NCBI RefSeq assembly: GCF_009914755.1
Contig: NC_060933.1
Source: the human T2T-CHM13v2.0 reference genome, Homo sapiens
DNA: 64,000 nt
Reading direction: 5' to 3' (one strand)
Shown: in pieces, positions 1 through 23,465 of the stretch
How positions within the stretch are numbered: the first letter of the stretch is position 1
Layout of the letters: every line of letters begins with the position of its first letter
Program-made: the position numbers and the translations under genes
Notes under the pieces: model-generated
Databases searched by the model: none
Told to the model about the DNA's origin: nothing
What the model saw: only the letters and a program-made list of their open reading frames with translations

Positions 1-71
1 AAATGTATGTTTGTGGTACCTTTGTTGAAAATTAGTTCATTGTAGATGTATGGATATGTTTCTGTGTTTCT
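1..71 (-). mobile_element. L1 (L1MA-like) ORF2 fragment, continuing off the left edge
   Basis: cctttgttgaaaattagttcattgtagatgtatggatatgtttctgtgtttc aligns by eye to the antisense L1 ORF2 at ~17770-17837 in this window. Confidence 0.7.
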
Positions 72-1047
72 GGCCTCGTACCTCATCTACCCAGTCCCTG
101 TACAGTGTCCCTGACCTGTGGTGAGTAAAAAATGTCACTTTCTAACAGGCCCAGGATCCTCATGTTTTTAGGACCTCAAGAAGAGAGGAATTTACCCAAC
201 TCATAGGTGTTTGAGGGTACAAACTCATGGCTGGGCTCGACTTTAAAAAGGTCTGTTATAAGATTCCTTGTGGAACAGAGTTCCTTCAAAGACAATTTGA
301 AAATCATATGAAAAATAATTATTTTTGCTGAACTTTATTTTGCAAACAACTCAGTCTTATAATTTGTTTTTAACAAAAATGAGGACTAAAGAGGGAAAAA
401 TTATATTTCAAAACATGTTATTAAATTCTGTTCTCATTAGTTATTTTTAAGTTTTTTTCCTACATTTTAGACTATTCCTGCTTATTCCTTTGAATCAACT
501 AGTGATTTCCTCCTGCTGCTCAGAAGAAACAAAAAAGGATGTGTAGTGAAAACAACAACGACAACAATAAAACTGGATCAATATTCTAGTACTGGTTAAT
601 TATCTTGCAAATCGTGCCAGGTAATAGGAGTAAATATGATACCCATAACCCAGACGTTTTTTGGGGGGAAAATAAAACCAATGGAGATAACCAAAGCCAA
701 GCCCATGCACCCAAATCTTAACAGACATAACTACAATCATCAGTTATCCAACTGTGTCAGCAGCCTCGGAATTTTTAAAACGTCATTAACCCCAGTCTTG
801 TTTTAACACATGTTCTCTTATAACCTAAATTGTTTCTTTTTGCCTAGAGCCTATCATGCTCCAAATAGTGATACAAATAGAACCACGCATGGATGTGCTC
901 TTCTTAAGAGGACCCTTAGATTGATCACAGGAGAAATCCCAGCTGCTGTCCCCCATATGATGCCCTCTCCAGCATGAAGTAGTCTGAACGATCAATGCAC
1001 AATGTCCCTACTCGCACTTAGGGTTTTCATTCCTGGGAAATGGGGAA
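70..1047 (+). mobile_element. MER4-group ERV1 internal sequence, 3' part only (no 5' LTR)
   Basis: 70-760 is clearly homologous to 32596-33310 of the provirus in this window; env-tail remnant at ~844-987; purine-rich tract before the LTR. Confidence 0.85.
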
Positions 1048-1550
1048 TGGCGGAGGGTGGAGGCGGGGAACAAAACAGTTGACAGACAGTTAAGACAGGT
1101 TCTTGGTAGAATTCTTTTAAACATAGAAACAGCCTGAAAAATCAAGCTGCAGCTGCACAGATAAGGGAGCAAAACCAAACATAGAAATACCTTTGTTCTT
1201 TGTGTAATCAGCCGGCTCCCGGAAAAAAATTTCCTCCTCTTCTACAGACACGTACAGACACGTACATGGTGGGCTTCCTGGGAACTTCCATGAGAGGGAG
1301 GCATGCTGAGACGTGCCTGAAGCTGCACAGATAAGGGCAGTTACACAGATAGGAAAAATTTCTTATAAAAACCTTTGCATTCGACTGTAAAAACGGAAAC
1401 CTTCTGGGGCCTCCTCTCCACTGCAGAGAGTTTTGTTCTTTTGCTTATAAAACTTTCACTCTAACCTCACCCTTGGTGTCCATGCTTCTTAATTTTCTTG
1501 CTCATGAGACAAAGAGCACAAATAACACCTCAGACAATGAGACTGCTTCA
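1048..1550 (+). mobile_element. ERV1 3' LTR, MER4 group (MER51/83/84-like)
   Basis: Follows the PPT-like tract; TATA-like cttataaaa ~1363; ends ...cagacaatgagactgcttCA; internal repeat agctgcacagataaggg at 1151 and 1321; 10-bp tandem tacagacacg x2 at 1243. Confidence 0.75.
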
Positions 1551-1596
1551 TTGATCCTAGACGGCTTCAATATCAAAAAGATAATAAAATAAAACA

Positions 1597-2300
<704 letters not shown>

Positions 2301-2904
2301 ATGTTTTTAATTCCCAAGTTAATGCTAACTTGCATGAGGCTAATTAAATTAAGCATGCCTAGTATCTGGCTTTAAAAAGACATGTGATGATCCGAGTAGA
2401 AAATTGGTTAAGCCCTCATCATCATCTCTCATCTCTCCATCTTCTTTGGTCTAAAGCATAGTTAAAATGGATTACTATGAAAACAGTGGGATTGACCCCT
2501 TCCCCACAGTTATTCCTTTGGATTCACCATAAAGAGTACTTTGTGATAATCAGAAATTCTACATCACAATGGCTCAGAATTTTGTCATAGGATGTTTGCT
2601 TTTGGTTACCTGACATGGGGAACAATTTCACAATGCCTAATTGTATCCTTTTTCAATGACTACCTTTGCCCTTTTACTTTGTAAAAGTTTGTTATTTCAA
2701 TTGCATGTAAATAATTTGAATTCTATGTTCTATTGAACCTCACTCATTATATGGTCAGATTCCTTCTTTCCAATTACTTTATTTGTATAATAGAGTTGCA
2801 TTTCTTTTGTAGGCACGTTTCAGTAATGTTCTTGAAGAGCCAAACAATTCAGAAAATATTGAGCTTTTAGTTTAATAAAACATTTAAACATTAGTGATTT
2901 AAAA

Positions 2905-3080
2905 TCAAAATATCAGGTTCCAAAATCAGAGCTAGCACCAATGTAGTGAAATAGGAAGCCATTTAAACTTGCTAAGATTCAGTTCCTTCTATATAATGTG
3001 GACAAGACTAAGAACTGCTTGTTAGGTTAACTTTCAAGATTATGATCAATAATGAAAACTCTTGCTAGTAGTTAGTATTA
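2905..3080 (+). mobile_element. MIR fragment
   Basis: aagccatttaaacttgctaagattcagttccttctatataatgtgg resembles the MIR core. Confidence 0.4.
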
Positions 3081-4349
3081 GAAGTAATCACAACAGTTTT
3101 ATTCATATCATTATAATAATTATCATGTTTACAAATATTAATATAATTTAATATTTAATATTATGAAATCCCAAAAAATAGTTGTGTCACCTTCCTGTTG
3201 TAGGAGAATGGATGTAGAGGCTTGCAGTCTAGGAAGAATACTTCTTACAAATAGGTCTAATAGTTATTAGATAATGAAGGATTCATTGTCTTAAGTATTT
3301 AATTCTTGATACCAGTCTCTATTTTATACCTAGTTGACTCAAAAAATTAATATAAGATGACAATAGTGGCAGATAAATTGGATAATATATGTGTTTATCT
3401 GAAGAATGGGTTTTTCCAGTAAACTCTTTGAAAGATCTCAGGTAAATTTCTCACTTTTCTATTAGTGACTGAGCTCCCCATATATTTGCTAAATTAACAG
3501 CACCCTAATAGAGTTTCTGATTTTTCCAAGTTGAATGCTGATAACTTACATTGCAATGTCTCTGTTTTTACCCTCAGCTGAAGGCAACACAGATCTTATT
3601 AAGATCAGAACTACAAAAAGAGAAAAAATAATCAAGCTCTGGAACAAAATATATATATATATCCCTATCTAATCTCTTCTGTTTTGTTTTGGCTTCATAC
3701 ATTCAACCTCATTCTGCCACTGGCATTGACTTGTATTCTGAGTTTTGTTATAGTAGTGACCTCCAACTAAAATATGTTTGGTAAAGATAATTTTATTTTT
3801 GTTGATTTTCTTTAATACATCTATTTGGCTATACAGAATATCTTACAATTTCCTTTGGAAAAATAAAATATTTACTTACATAACAACAACATTAAATATA
3901 CTTTTTATGCTTATATTTTGAATAATTTATTTATTCATCCATTTGGTAAATGTCTCCAGAAATAATACATCACTTTGGTCAATGGTTTCAACTTTCATAT
4001 GTTGAAAAAGAAAAAAAGGCAGGCATTCAGTATGGATGCCTGTATTATGGGATTTTTCAATATATTCTTTACGTATGAAGTTCAAATGAATTTATTTCAA
4101 ATATAGCAACAGCATGTGATGCTAAGACACACCTCATTTTATTATGCTCTAAGTGTACACCATTGGAAATACAAATACAGTTAAAACTTTCACTATTAGG
4201 AAAACATGTCTCCATCAAGATAATTATATTAAAAAATATTTTGAGTTTGAGTGGTAAATTAGTAATTTCTTGCTTTTTTCCAAAAAATTCAACTGATGTG
4301 TAGATGTGTAGGAAGAAGCCACTTATGTACATGCTTATGGGTTTGCATT

Positions 4350-4395
4350 ACACACACACACACACACACACACAAACAACACACACACACACACA
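4350..4395. repeat. (CA)n microsatellite, interrupted
   Basis: Direct reading. Confidence 0.97.
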
Positions 4396-4404
4396 GACAA
4401 AACT

Positions 4405-4850
4405 TCTAGTCGCTGTTTGCTGCATAACAAACCACCCTAAAACACAGGGCCTTAAAACAATGACCTTTTATTTGCTATTGATTCCATTGGTTAATCATTT
4501 GGACTGGGCTCAGTTCAGTCATTCTGCTGATCTCACTTGTGCTCACTCCCAATTCTGGGTGATCCAAAATGACCTCACCTTCAAACTTATTAATTGTGCT
4601 ACCTGTAGGCTGGAATTCTCTTGCCATAAGGTCTCTCATCTTCATAGAATCTAGTCTGAGTTTCTTTACATTTCAATTTCAGAATATCAAGATTGGTAAG
4701 AAGAAGCTGCAATACCTCTTAGACATTGCACATATCACATCTGCTATATTACTCAAAGCAGTCAAACCACGAGACCAACCTAGATTCATTGGGAAGGGGA
4801 AATGTACTCTATCTCTTGTAGTCTAGTAACATTACAAATGGCAATTCTGA
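4405..4850 (-). mobile_element. Old MaLR LTR (MLT1-type)
   Basis: gctgcataacaaaccaccctaaaacacagggccttaaaacaa is the reverse complement of the MLT1 3' end. Confidence 0.65.
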
Positions 4851-4935
4851 TTTCCAGTGTAGTATTATATTTAAGATACCATGGGAATAGTTATCCATTC
4901 TTGTCCATGTATGATGTGTCATACACTCAGCTTTA

Positions 4936-5229
4936 CTTTTTTGTTTTGTTTTGTTTTGTTTGAGATAGGGTCTACTTTCGTCACCCAGGCTGGAGTGCAG
5001 AGGTGTGAACATGGCTCATATGGCTCCTACAGTCTCAACCTCCCAGACTCCAGCCACCCTCCTGCCTCAGCCTCCTAAGTAGCTGGGACTACAGGAATGC
5101 ATCTCCACATCCAGCTAATTTTTGTATTTTTTGTAGAGACGGAATTTTGCCATGTTGCCTAGGCTGGTCTCAAACTCCTGGGCTGAAGCAGTGTGCTTGC
5201 CTTGGCCTCCCAAAGTGTTGGGATTACAG
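4936..5229 (-). mobile_element. AluJ
   Basis: (ttttg)n tail, then gagatagggtct...ctcctgggctgaagca...caaagtgttgggattacag; AluJ diagnostics. Confidence 0.93.
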
Positions 5230-5289
5230 CTGATGTCTTATATTTAGCATTTTATTTTACTATATAATTGCACCCAATGGTTGAATAAC

Positions 5290-5427
5290 ATTATTTTGAT
5301 CATACAGATAAGAAAGGTTAGATTCAATGAAGTTATTTAACAAAGTTAATATAAGACAGCTTTGGAATGAAAATACAAATTTTTCCAATGCCAAAGTTCA
5401 AGCCCATAACTTCTAGACTATACTGCC
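5290..5427 (-). mobile_element. MIR fragment
   Basis: acagataagaaa...caatgccaaagttcaagcccataacttctagactatactgcct resembles antisense MIR. Confidence 0.45.
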
Positions 5428-7268
5428 TGAAGGGCCACTTTGCTTGATTTTCCAAAAGAGAGAAAAAGAAGCAATAAAAGGTAGTTTAAGATGCAGCCAT
5501 CACAAAACTGAAAATTTCTCCTCTCCTCCCCAACAGATACCCTGTTTACGGTAAGACTGATTTAGGAATATCTGCTGTAGCACTTAAGGGCTCACTATTA
5601 CATTTTTTACTCATTTAGTTTTATTTTCTGAAATGTTTACCATACACCTTAGCTCTCATAATGCTGACCAATATTCTCCCTGACATATAAATAAATATAA
5701 ATCTATGGTTATAATTTAGATTATGACTAGAATTTGATTCCCACTTTTGGTTTGCCAACATAAATTTCACATTTCACTGTAAATTTCAAGATTTCCTTTT
5801 TATAAGCTTAGTATCTTCCCTTTAATGTAGTATATAGGTATCTTTTAAAAGATGTTTTGCCTTAAAATTCTTCTTCATTTTAAAGAATTAAAATCTTATT
5901 TTACTAGTTGCATTGCAGAATGATGCAGTTTTTATATAAGAGGATTTACATTTTTAAATATGACTTATATAAGTCTATAATTGGTTTTTAATGCCAACCT
6001 ATTACTGGATAAATATGCTTTTTTCTTTGTAATGTAAATGCTATAAACAGTGTGAGATGGTGAGAGATAGCTGTGTCTCACTTCAGAGGTCAGGTCAGAC
6101 AGGGTAGAAACTGCCCCCAGAAGCAATCTATTATAATGGCTGTCTTTGGGTTTGGAGTATTTTTCACAGTCATTTTTCTCAGGGTACTCCAAAAAATAGG
6201 TACAACTAAGGAGACTGAATGAATGTGCACACCAAATGGAAGCTGCTACCCCACAACCTCTTTTGAAAAAAATTGAATACTATATCTTATTTGGTCACAG
6301 ATGACTGGAACAAGATTTGGTTCTTTAGTCATTAGCAGTTCTCTGTAACATGCCCAGAGGATTTTAATGTAACCTGGAATGGAAGTACTACCTATTTAAA
6401 TCTCTTGAAACTGGTTAATGAAAAACTAAATGAACGAAACATTGTTTAGGAGTAGTTTGAACAAGAAATGAGAGCGAGTCAGTAATTGGTAGTGGGAGCA
6501 GAGGATAAATGTCACCCATAGACAGGACAGAATCCAGAACTCCTGTGTGAGCAGAAATTTGAAGTTGATGGCAGACATCATAGAAAATCTCAGAATAGCT
6601 AAATCATCAACATTTCCCATTAAAATGGGGAACAAAGTGTGTTTACTGCTGGACTGGCAAATAGAGTATATCACTAGAGCTGTTTTAGATTTTACATTCC
6701 TCCTTTCCCACAAGCCTGACCTTCAGGCAATTGCAACTATTTTCTTTCCTGTCTAGATTTTTCAATTCACAAAACCTCTACAATGAATCCTAGTAATTAC
6801 CATCTGTGCAAACTAAAAGTGCTTGCCTAGCATCAGAGCCAATAGAGACTAGATTGCGTGTCAGGGGAAAGGGATGGATATTAACCCTGCAAGGTCTATG
6901 GTTAAATAGAGTTTGAGAGAGGGCATTTAAGCACAAGTTTTAAAACACGTTATATAAATGATCAGTTCAATAGCACTAATTACACAATATTAATTTTTTG
7001 CCAAGCCTACTGCAGCTTCTGAAGTAAAGAGGTAGGATAGCTTCTAAAAGGCATTACAAAACTCTAGACAACTATTAGCTTGAACATTGATCTAAACTCA
7101 CTTTAAGCTTTCCTATCAAATGTAACTCTAGTAAAAATGTAATTTACTTTCTAATTTACTAATATTCATTTTACTAACAGGAAATGTTCTTTTTCAAAAG
7201 ATAACTACTTTAATATGTCTGATGTGTGTTAAAAATTTAACCACAAAATAGTACATTTAAAATTCAGA

Positions 7269-7730
7269 GGCTAGGCACAGTGGCTCACACCTATAATCCC
7301 AGCCCTTTGGGAGGCTGAGGCAGGCAGATCGCTTAACTCAAGAGTTTGAGACCTGTCTGACCAATACAGCGAGACCCAATTTCTACCAAAAATAAAAACA
7401 TTAGCCGGACATGGTAGCATGTGTCTGTCGTCCTAGCTACTCGGGAGGCTGAAGTGGGAGGATCACTAGAGCCTGGGAAGATCACTAGAGCCTGGGAAGT
7501 CCATTTCTACCAAAAATAAAAACATTAGCCGGACATGGTAGCATGTGTCTGTCGTCCTAGCTACTCAGGAGGCTGAAGTGGGAGGATCACTAGAGCCTGG
7601 GAAGATCACTAGAGCCTGGGAAGTCAAGGTTGCAGTAAGCCAAGACTGCGCCACTGCACTGCAGCCTGGGTGACACAGAGAGACCCTGTCACAAAAAATA
7701 AGACGAATAAATAAAAAATTTAAAAAGAAA
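7269..7730 (+). mobile_element. AluJ with 124-bp internal tandem duplication; TSD taaaattcaga
   Basis: Alu start ggctaggcacagtggctcac; TSD at 7258-7268 and 7731-7741; 7379-7502 repeated at 7503-7625. Confidence 0.95.
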
Positions 7731-8724
7731 TAAAATTCAGAAATATCCAATAGTACACATTAAATTCAGTGTGTAAAATGCAATGCTGTTTACTCTAATA
7801 ATTAGAAAATGTTCTTGATTATATTTAGTTTTTAAGATGAAAATGTGTGATAAATTGTTAAATTAAGAAGCAGAGTAAATGAATTAAGGCAGTTTTATAT
7901 TACTATTTTAACTACCATGTAAAGTTTTTGAAATTATATTTTCTCCTATATGATTTGTCAGAAAAAAGTTACATTTTCAGAAAGGTCTTCATATTATTCA
8001 TTATGTGAAAACCTATGTAAAAACTGGCAGTTCAACATGTGAATTTCAATGTTATCCTTATGTGAGTTGTTGTAAAATGAGGAATAAATGTGATTGAAGC
8101 ACTGCTGAAACAGCTGCATAAATCATCTTCTTTGTCTTGATTGTTGTTGCTTTACAGGTTTATCAGAGAAGCTAGTTTTCAATGCAGTGTAGAAATTGGT
8201 AAATAATAGCCTGTTCTTCCTTTCCTTTCTCTTTCATTTGTATGTACTCATAGTTCCATGATTTTACTAATAATTCCAAAGAGTGTGTCTCTATAGGTCA
8301 CTGAATGAATACACATTTTAAATTGATGTTCAAAAAAGTAAGAATGATGGGACAAATAAACTCTAGCTTTTTTATTGGTTAAAACTCACTTGACAAAAAT
8401 ATCTCAAAGACTAAACTTTAGTTCTATTCTATATATTTCACAAGTATCTTTAGTTAATATCAGCACAACAGATAATAAACATTTACTTTAGTAATGAATA
8501 CTTTTAAAATGTGCTTTATTCTGAACAAAATGGCAGAAGATAATTCCTCTTATTGGTAAAAATTATGTTTATTTCTATTCTGATAATGCTCATCTAATAA
8601 ATATGAATAGATCCTTATTGAGAGTCAGTTGAAAGCATGGCAATGTAACACATCTGCCCCTATGATTTCTCCAAATACACCTTCTCCTGGGAATGAGATA
8701 AAAACATGGGGTGTCATTACAATG

Positions 8725-9950
8725 TATTTGTTTAACAATTATGGAGCATTATTTGTGCATACATCACTAAATACCAGAAATTAGAGTTAAATACATTGTC
8801 CCTGCCATCATAAAACAGAGCTAGTGGTGGAAACTGTTCACCTCCCCTAATGCACTTTCATTAGCCTTAAGCCATGAACATGAAGAAAGCTGCCCCTGAT
8901 TCCAGAAAAGCAGATGCTGTATTTTTCTAGAACATTTCTTAGTTTAACTGTTTTTCAAACTAGGAGGAATTTCTCTCTCTCAGTTCAAGGCTATCTAGAT
9001 GAGTACAGAGCTTAAAGTTCAGAAAAAAGCAGATAAGATTCTTCTAATAAGAGGGAGAGATATATTAAAAATCATTTTGATGCAGAAAATACCTTTAAAA
9101 TATGTGATTGCACACAATCCATTTGGAGAAAAAAAGACTTGATATATCTATTTATGGAAATCTATAGATAGAGAGATAGAAGCAGAGGCACTCATTAAAT
9201 TCTACTTTAAATATTTGAGAGTTGAAGGGTAAAGATAATGGAAATTATTTTGGAGAATAGAGAACAGATTTCAGATACATTTGTAAGCAGACTGTAATAT
9301 ATTGGTAACCTACTGGATGCTAAGCATTTATGTAGAGAAGACTGACTCATAGATAATTTTGATATGTCTATCTTGAAAAAGTTGCAGTTGGTAGTGTCAA
9401 TTACTTTGGTAAGAAATTGATCAGAAAAAATTAAATGTACATACTTATGAAAGGAAAGGGAAAATAAGAAAAAGCTATAGAAAAATATGAGATAGCTTGA
9501 TATGCGGATATAGATAGGAATTTTTTATTACTTTTGAGGTATTCATAGGCCAACTAGCTTGAGGTAACAGTAACAATAAGCCATATGAAGTAATAAAAGA
9601 ATCTGAAAATCATGGTTTGGTTTGGAGGTACTGATTTTTAAATTCATTACGACAAAGGTAGTAGTTGAAGCCATACACACTGATATCATTTATCAGGAAG
9701 AATAAATGCAGTGCAGAGAGCAAAGATCTTGGGTTGCAAATTGAGGGACACTAACATAAGCAAGATTAATCTATAAATATTGAGCACTCCAAGTGGGTAA
9801 AATAATCCCCAAGTAGAACAGCATTGCAATGCCAAAAAAGAAAAGTGCTTCAAAGAGTAGTCAACAGTGTCATATGCTGGAGAAAGATTAGACAGCATGA
9901 CCATAAAAAATAGTGTTAAAATGACATGTAGAAGTCAATTGTGACTTCAG
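8725..9950 (-). mobile_element. L2 fragments including an RT-domain remnant
   Basis: cattgtccctgccatcat (L2 3' region) and gagtagtcaacagtgtcatatgctggagaaag; the minus ORF 9686-9904 reads NLSPAYDTVDYSL, resembling the L2/CR1 RT motif LDLSAAFDTVDH. Confidence 0.65.
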
Positions 9951-10479
9951 ATATACACAAGTTATTCTAGCTTGACAAGTAAGGGGACATGGAGAAAAAT
10001 CTATTCTTGTAATATATATTTACCAATCAGTGAATACAAAAAGAAGAGAGACAATTGGAATTGAAGCAAACAAACAACAACAACAAATAGAAAAACAAAA
10101 ACCTTCAAGGAAGAATAATGCAAACTCTAAAATACATAGCAGACTTACGTGCTCTTAATTTATGAAATGATCCTGGTTTAGGATTCTGGGAACAGCCTTT
10201 TTAGCTGAAAGAATAATGAATTATGGCCAGTGACTAGGCTATAACCCCAAAAGTGACAAGACCAAGTGTGCCTTTCTGCCACTATATTGTCAATGACTAA
10301 TATAATTCCATATTATGCATTTAGCAGTGGCTGAATAAATTAATGTTTCTAACCTTCCTGGTGACTTCTCTTCAGTCTTTTCCCTGAAGAGAAGTCACTG
10401 GGTGGGTTAGGTTAATTGGTACAGTTAGTAAGAAACAGGCCTTACAAACTGTACTAATTACCTTGAATGAGATATGACC

Positions 10480-10850
10480 TGTGTTCAGCTTCTGGTAACA
10501 GAGACCCAGATTCATGGTAGCCCTAGTATTTTTCAATTGTTTTATTTTTCTGTCATATGTGAATTGTATTAGAAAGGCAGACCAGGTTTGTCGTGGAAGT
10601 TCAAAGACATTACTAGAATTTCAGACTCCTATGTTCTGCTCTGTACATCTTATTTAGTAATTTCCATGCTCAAGGTTACATCATTACTATAAGATAGTCT
10701 GCTTCAGTTATTACATTTATATTCCAGGCAGGAAGGAAGAAAGAAGGGCACCATGGCAATTGCCTGCTGAGTGAACCCCACCCAAGGACTTTGGCTTAAA
10801 TGTAATTATCCAGCCCTATCTGTAAGACAGCGTTAAGAATACACTTTTTA
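10480..10850 (-). mobile_element. Possible old ERVL/MaLR LTR (LTR33/MLT1-like)
   Basis: gttcagcttctggtaacagagaccc...ttccaggcaggaaggaagaaagaagggc; weak similarity only. Confidence 0.3.
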
Positions 10851-11049
10851 AATTGCATATTTTTATTTTCTACATCATCATAATGAAGAATCGCAAAATA
10901 TTATGGGGTAGACAACAGTTTCTCACATATACTGTAATGTCAATAAATACAACTACCCACTATGCCAGTCTTTCTTCTGGAAACACTTTCTTTATGTAGA
11001 TACTTCCCTGAGTAAGTCCACTGTTGCTCTGCCTGGGCTGTAATTTCTT

Positions 11050-11320
11050 GCTTCATGTTCTTTCCTACTGTGATCTTGACTTTTCAATAACTTCCAAATG
11101 TATAATTACAGCCCATATTTCACTTCTAAAAAACCTATATATCCAACTGCCTTTTCAACTTTTCCACTCTGATTTTTCACAGGAGTTACTATGTACCCAG
11201 CAAACGGAAGATTAAACTTATCATTATACTCCCAAAACTTGTATATTAATAATTAACTCAATCTAAAAAAATAGGTATCCCGATGCACCTATTTTCTCAA
11301 TCTAGAAAATTCAGAGTAAT
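11050..11320 (+). mobile_element. L2 fragment
   Basis: cttccaaatgtataattacagccc...tatatccaactgccttttcaacttttccact resembles the L2 consensus. Confidence 0.55.
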
Positions 11321-11649
11321 GCCAGGTTGAGTCAGGACTCTAATTCCTATCTATAAGACCAAATAGCCCATTTTGCTTATTATTATGCCTTATAGCTACC
11401 CAACATTAAGCCCACAAAAACATCTAAAAAAGAAGAAAGAAACATGGAAAAAATAGGAAGATAAGAAAATAAGTATGAGATATTATAGTAGTAACAAATA
11501 AATTCGGGCTCTTTTTGAGTCATAACAACGTTTGATAAAAATGCATGATATAGTACATAGGAGTAAATTATACATAAGTCAAGGTATTGTTTGAAATTCT
11601 GGCAACACGGTCCTGGTGATATGGCACCAAATCTACCCAGTAGACTTGA

Positions 11650-14828
<3,179 letters not shown>

Positions 14829-15342
14829 GACACACCAAAATATAGTCAAAAAAAAAAAAAGAAATAAAAGGCACTCAAGCACTTCTGCTTAAGACACTCA
14901 GAATTCAACTTGATGTTTTTCTTTGCAAGACCCTCATTATAACGCCTTAGTATGAAACAATGGAGAATCCCTGATCAGCATTTAAGGGTATTATGTTTCT
15001 AAGTCATTAAATGCATATTAATTGTTGTTCTTCCTCTGCCTGACTATTTACAAGTGAAGAGATGCCCAATATTTGGAGAATATGTACTCTTCCTTGACAG
15101 AGGAGCCTTGGATGGGATATAAACTATAAGAAAAAAGACAAAGAGACAAAGAAAAGTGCAGATCTTTATGTGATACAACTCTAAATATATTCAATTATTT
15201 ATTTTTTATCTGCTGTAGTTACCATATTACTATGATGGGAAGAGGAGTAAATTGTATAACTTAAGATCTAATTATATAATTTATTTGTAATTATTAAATG
15301 TTTATTTTGTACTTATTATATGAGAGGAGCTATATGAGGTAG

Positions 15343-15560
15343 AGAGGAAGGAAGGAAGGAAAGAAGGAAGGAAGGGAGGGAATGGAGGGAGGGAAGGAAG
15401 GAGGGAGAAAGAAAGAAAAAAAGGAAGGAGCAAAGGAAGGAAGGAAGGGAGGAGAAAGAAAGAAAAGAAAGAAAGAAAGAAGAAAGAAAGGAAGAACAAG
15501 AAAGGGAGAAAGAGAGAGAAAGAAAAAAGAAAGAAAAGAAAGAGAAAGAAAGAAAAAGGG
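15343..15560. repeat. Polypurine (GGAA)n/(GAAA)n low-complexity tract
   Basis: Direct reading; explains ORFs 15302-15628 and 15382-15579. Confidence 0.95.
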
Positions 15561-16637
15561 AATGTGTTTGTGTCTATAAACATTGCCCCTAAATATTTGT
15601 TAATACAACAAAGTTTTTTGAAGCACATGCAACATGAGAATCTAAATGCAAAATTTAAATACTTGATCGAGTATTTCTAGGCTGCTAGCAGTAGTTTTCC
15701 TCAATATGGTCCCCATTGACTCATTTTCGTAAGCAATTCATTCAGTGGACAAAATTAGTTAGGACCACAGTTTAGTGGTGGTCTGAATAATTCAAACATA
15801 ATATGTAATATAGGTGAAATCATATACAAATAATAGGGAAGTTATTGTATTTCTGCTAAAACATAACACATAATGTTTTATTTCATAAAATATGTGCCAT
15901 AACTACAACCCTTTCAGAGTTAAAAACCGAATAAAACAAGAAAAAATGATGTGTTAGCTGCCTCATTGTCAAAAGACGAGACATCTGATTTTTAAAACCT
16001 TAGGGTCATTTTAAAAATGTTGCCTGATGGTGCTTAGCATTAGGCTCAAAGGAGTATTTACCCTTAATACTTTATGCTTTTCTCCCATTACCTTTTCTTT
16101 TAATTTACTTTCTTTTGCTTCACAGATATTTGACCACTATAATAAGTGAAAAGAGGTGCTATGAATTGACATAATTGATTACCTCTTGAGGCAGTTACAT
16201 AATCTCCATATTCCCAAGAATATTTCCATAATGTTAGTACTTAATACTTAATACGTAATACTTTATATTTTTATCTCATCCACAATTTGTAGGACAAAAG
16301 AAAAACTGTAATCCTTTTGAAAGCCATTTGCTGAAAAAGGGTATTGCTGTAATCATTGTGAGAAGTAGAAAGAGGAAGACTAAAGTAGAGAATAACAGAT
16401 TAAAAGATAGATAGAGGGGGAATTCACTAAAATATCTGTGCGTGATAGTAGTTTGAGTGAAAATAAATGATGAATTATACAAACACTGCTATGAGAAAGA
16501 TTCTGCCCCTTAAAAAGATCCAGGGAGAAAAAAAACTTTATTTTTGTTTTATATTTTTAATAATATTTAATGTATATTTTAAATTTATCTTGAGTTTTTT
16601 AAGTAAGATCAGGAACAAAGATGCAGACTTTCCAAGA

Positions 16638-23465
<6,828 letters not shown>

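Noticed and set aside
70-760. Similarity to 32596-33310 as a local segmental duplication
   Set aside because: Diverged, attached to different LTR types and limited to ERV internal sequence; these are two related ERV insertions
1140-1340. E-box/GATA composite (cagctgcacagataag) in the LTR
   Set aside because: Spacing does not fit the canonical TAL1-GATA1 composite, and the motif is likely intrinsic to the LTR family
6040-6760. Possible exon or nuclear-receptor element (aggtcaggtca) in unique-looking DNA
   Set aside because: No recognisable protein similarity in the short ORFs and no convincing splice pair; a single motif is expected by chance
15302-15628. Lys/Glu/Arg-rich and Phe/Leu/Ser-rich ORFs
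   Set aside because: Translations of a GA simple repeat
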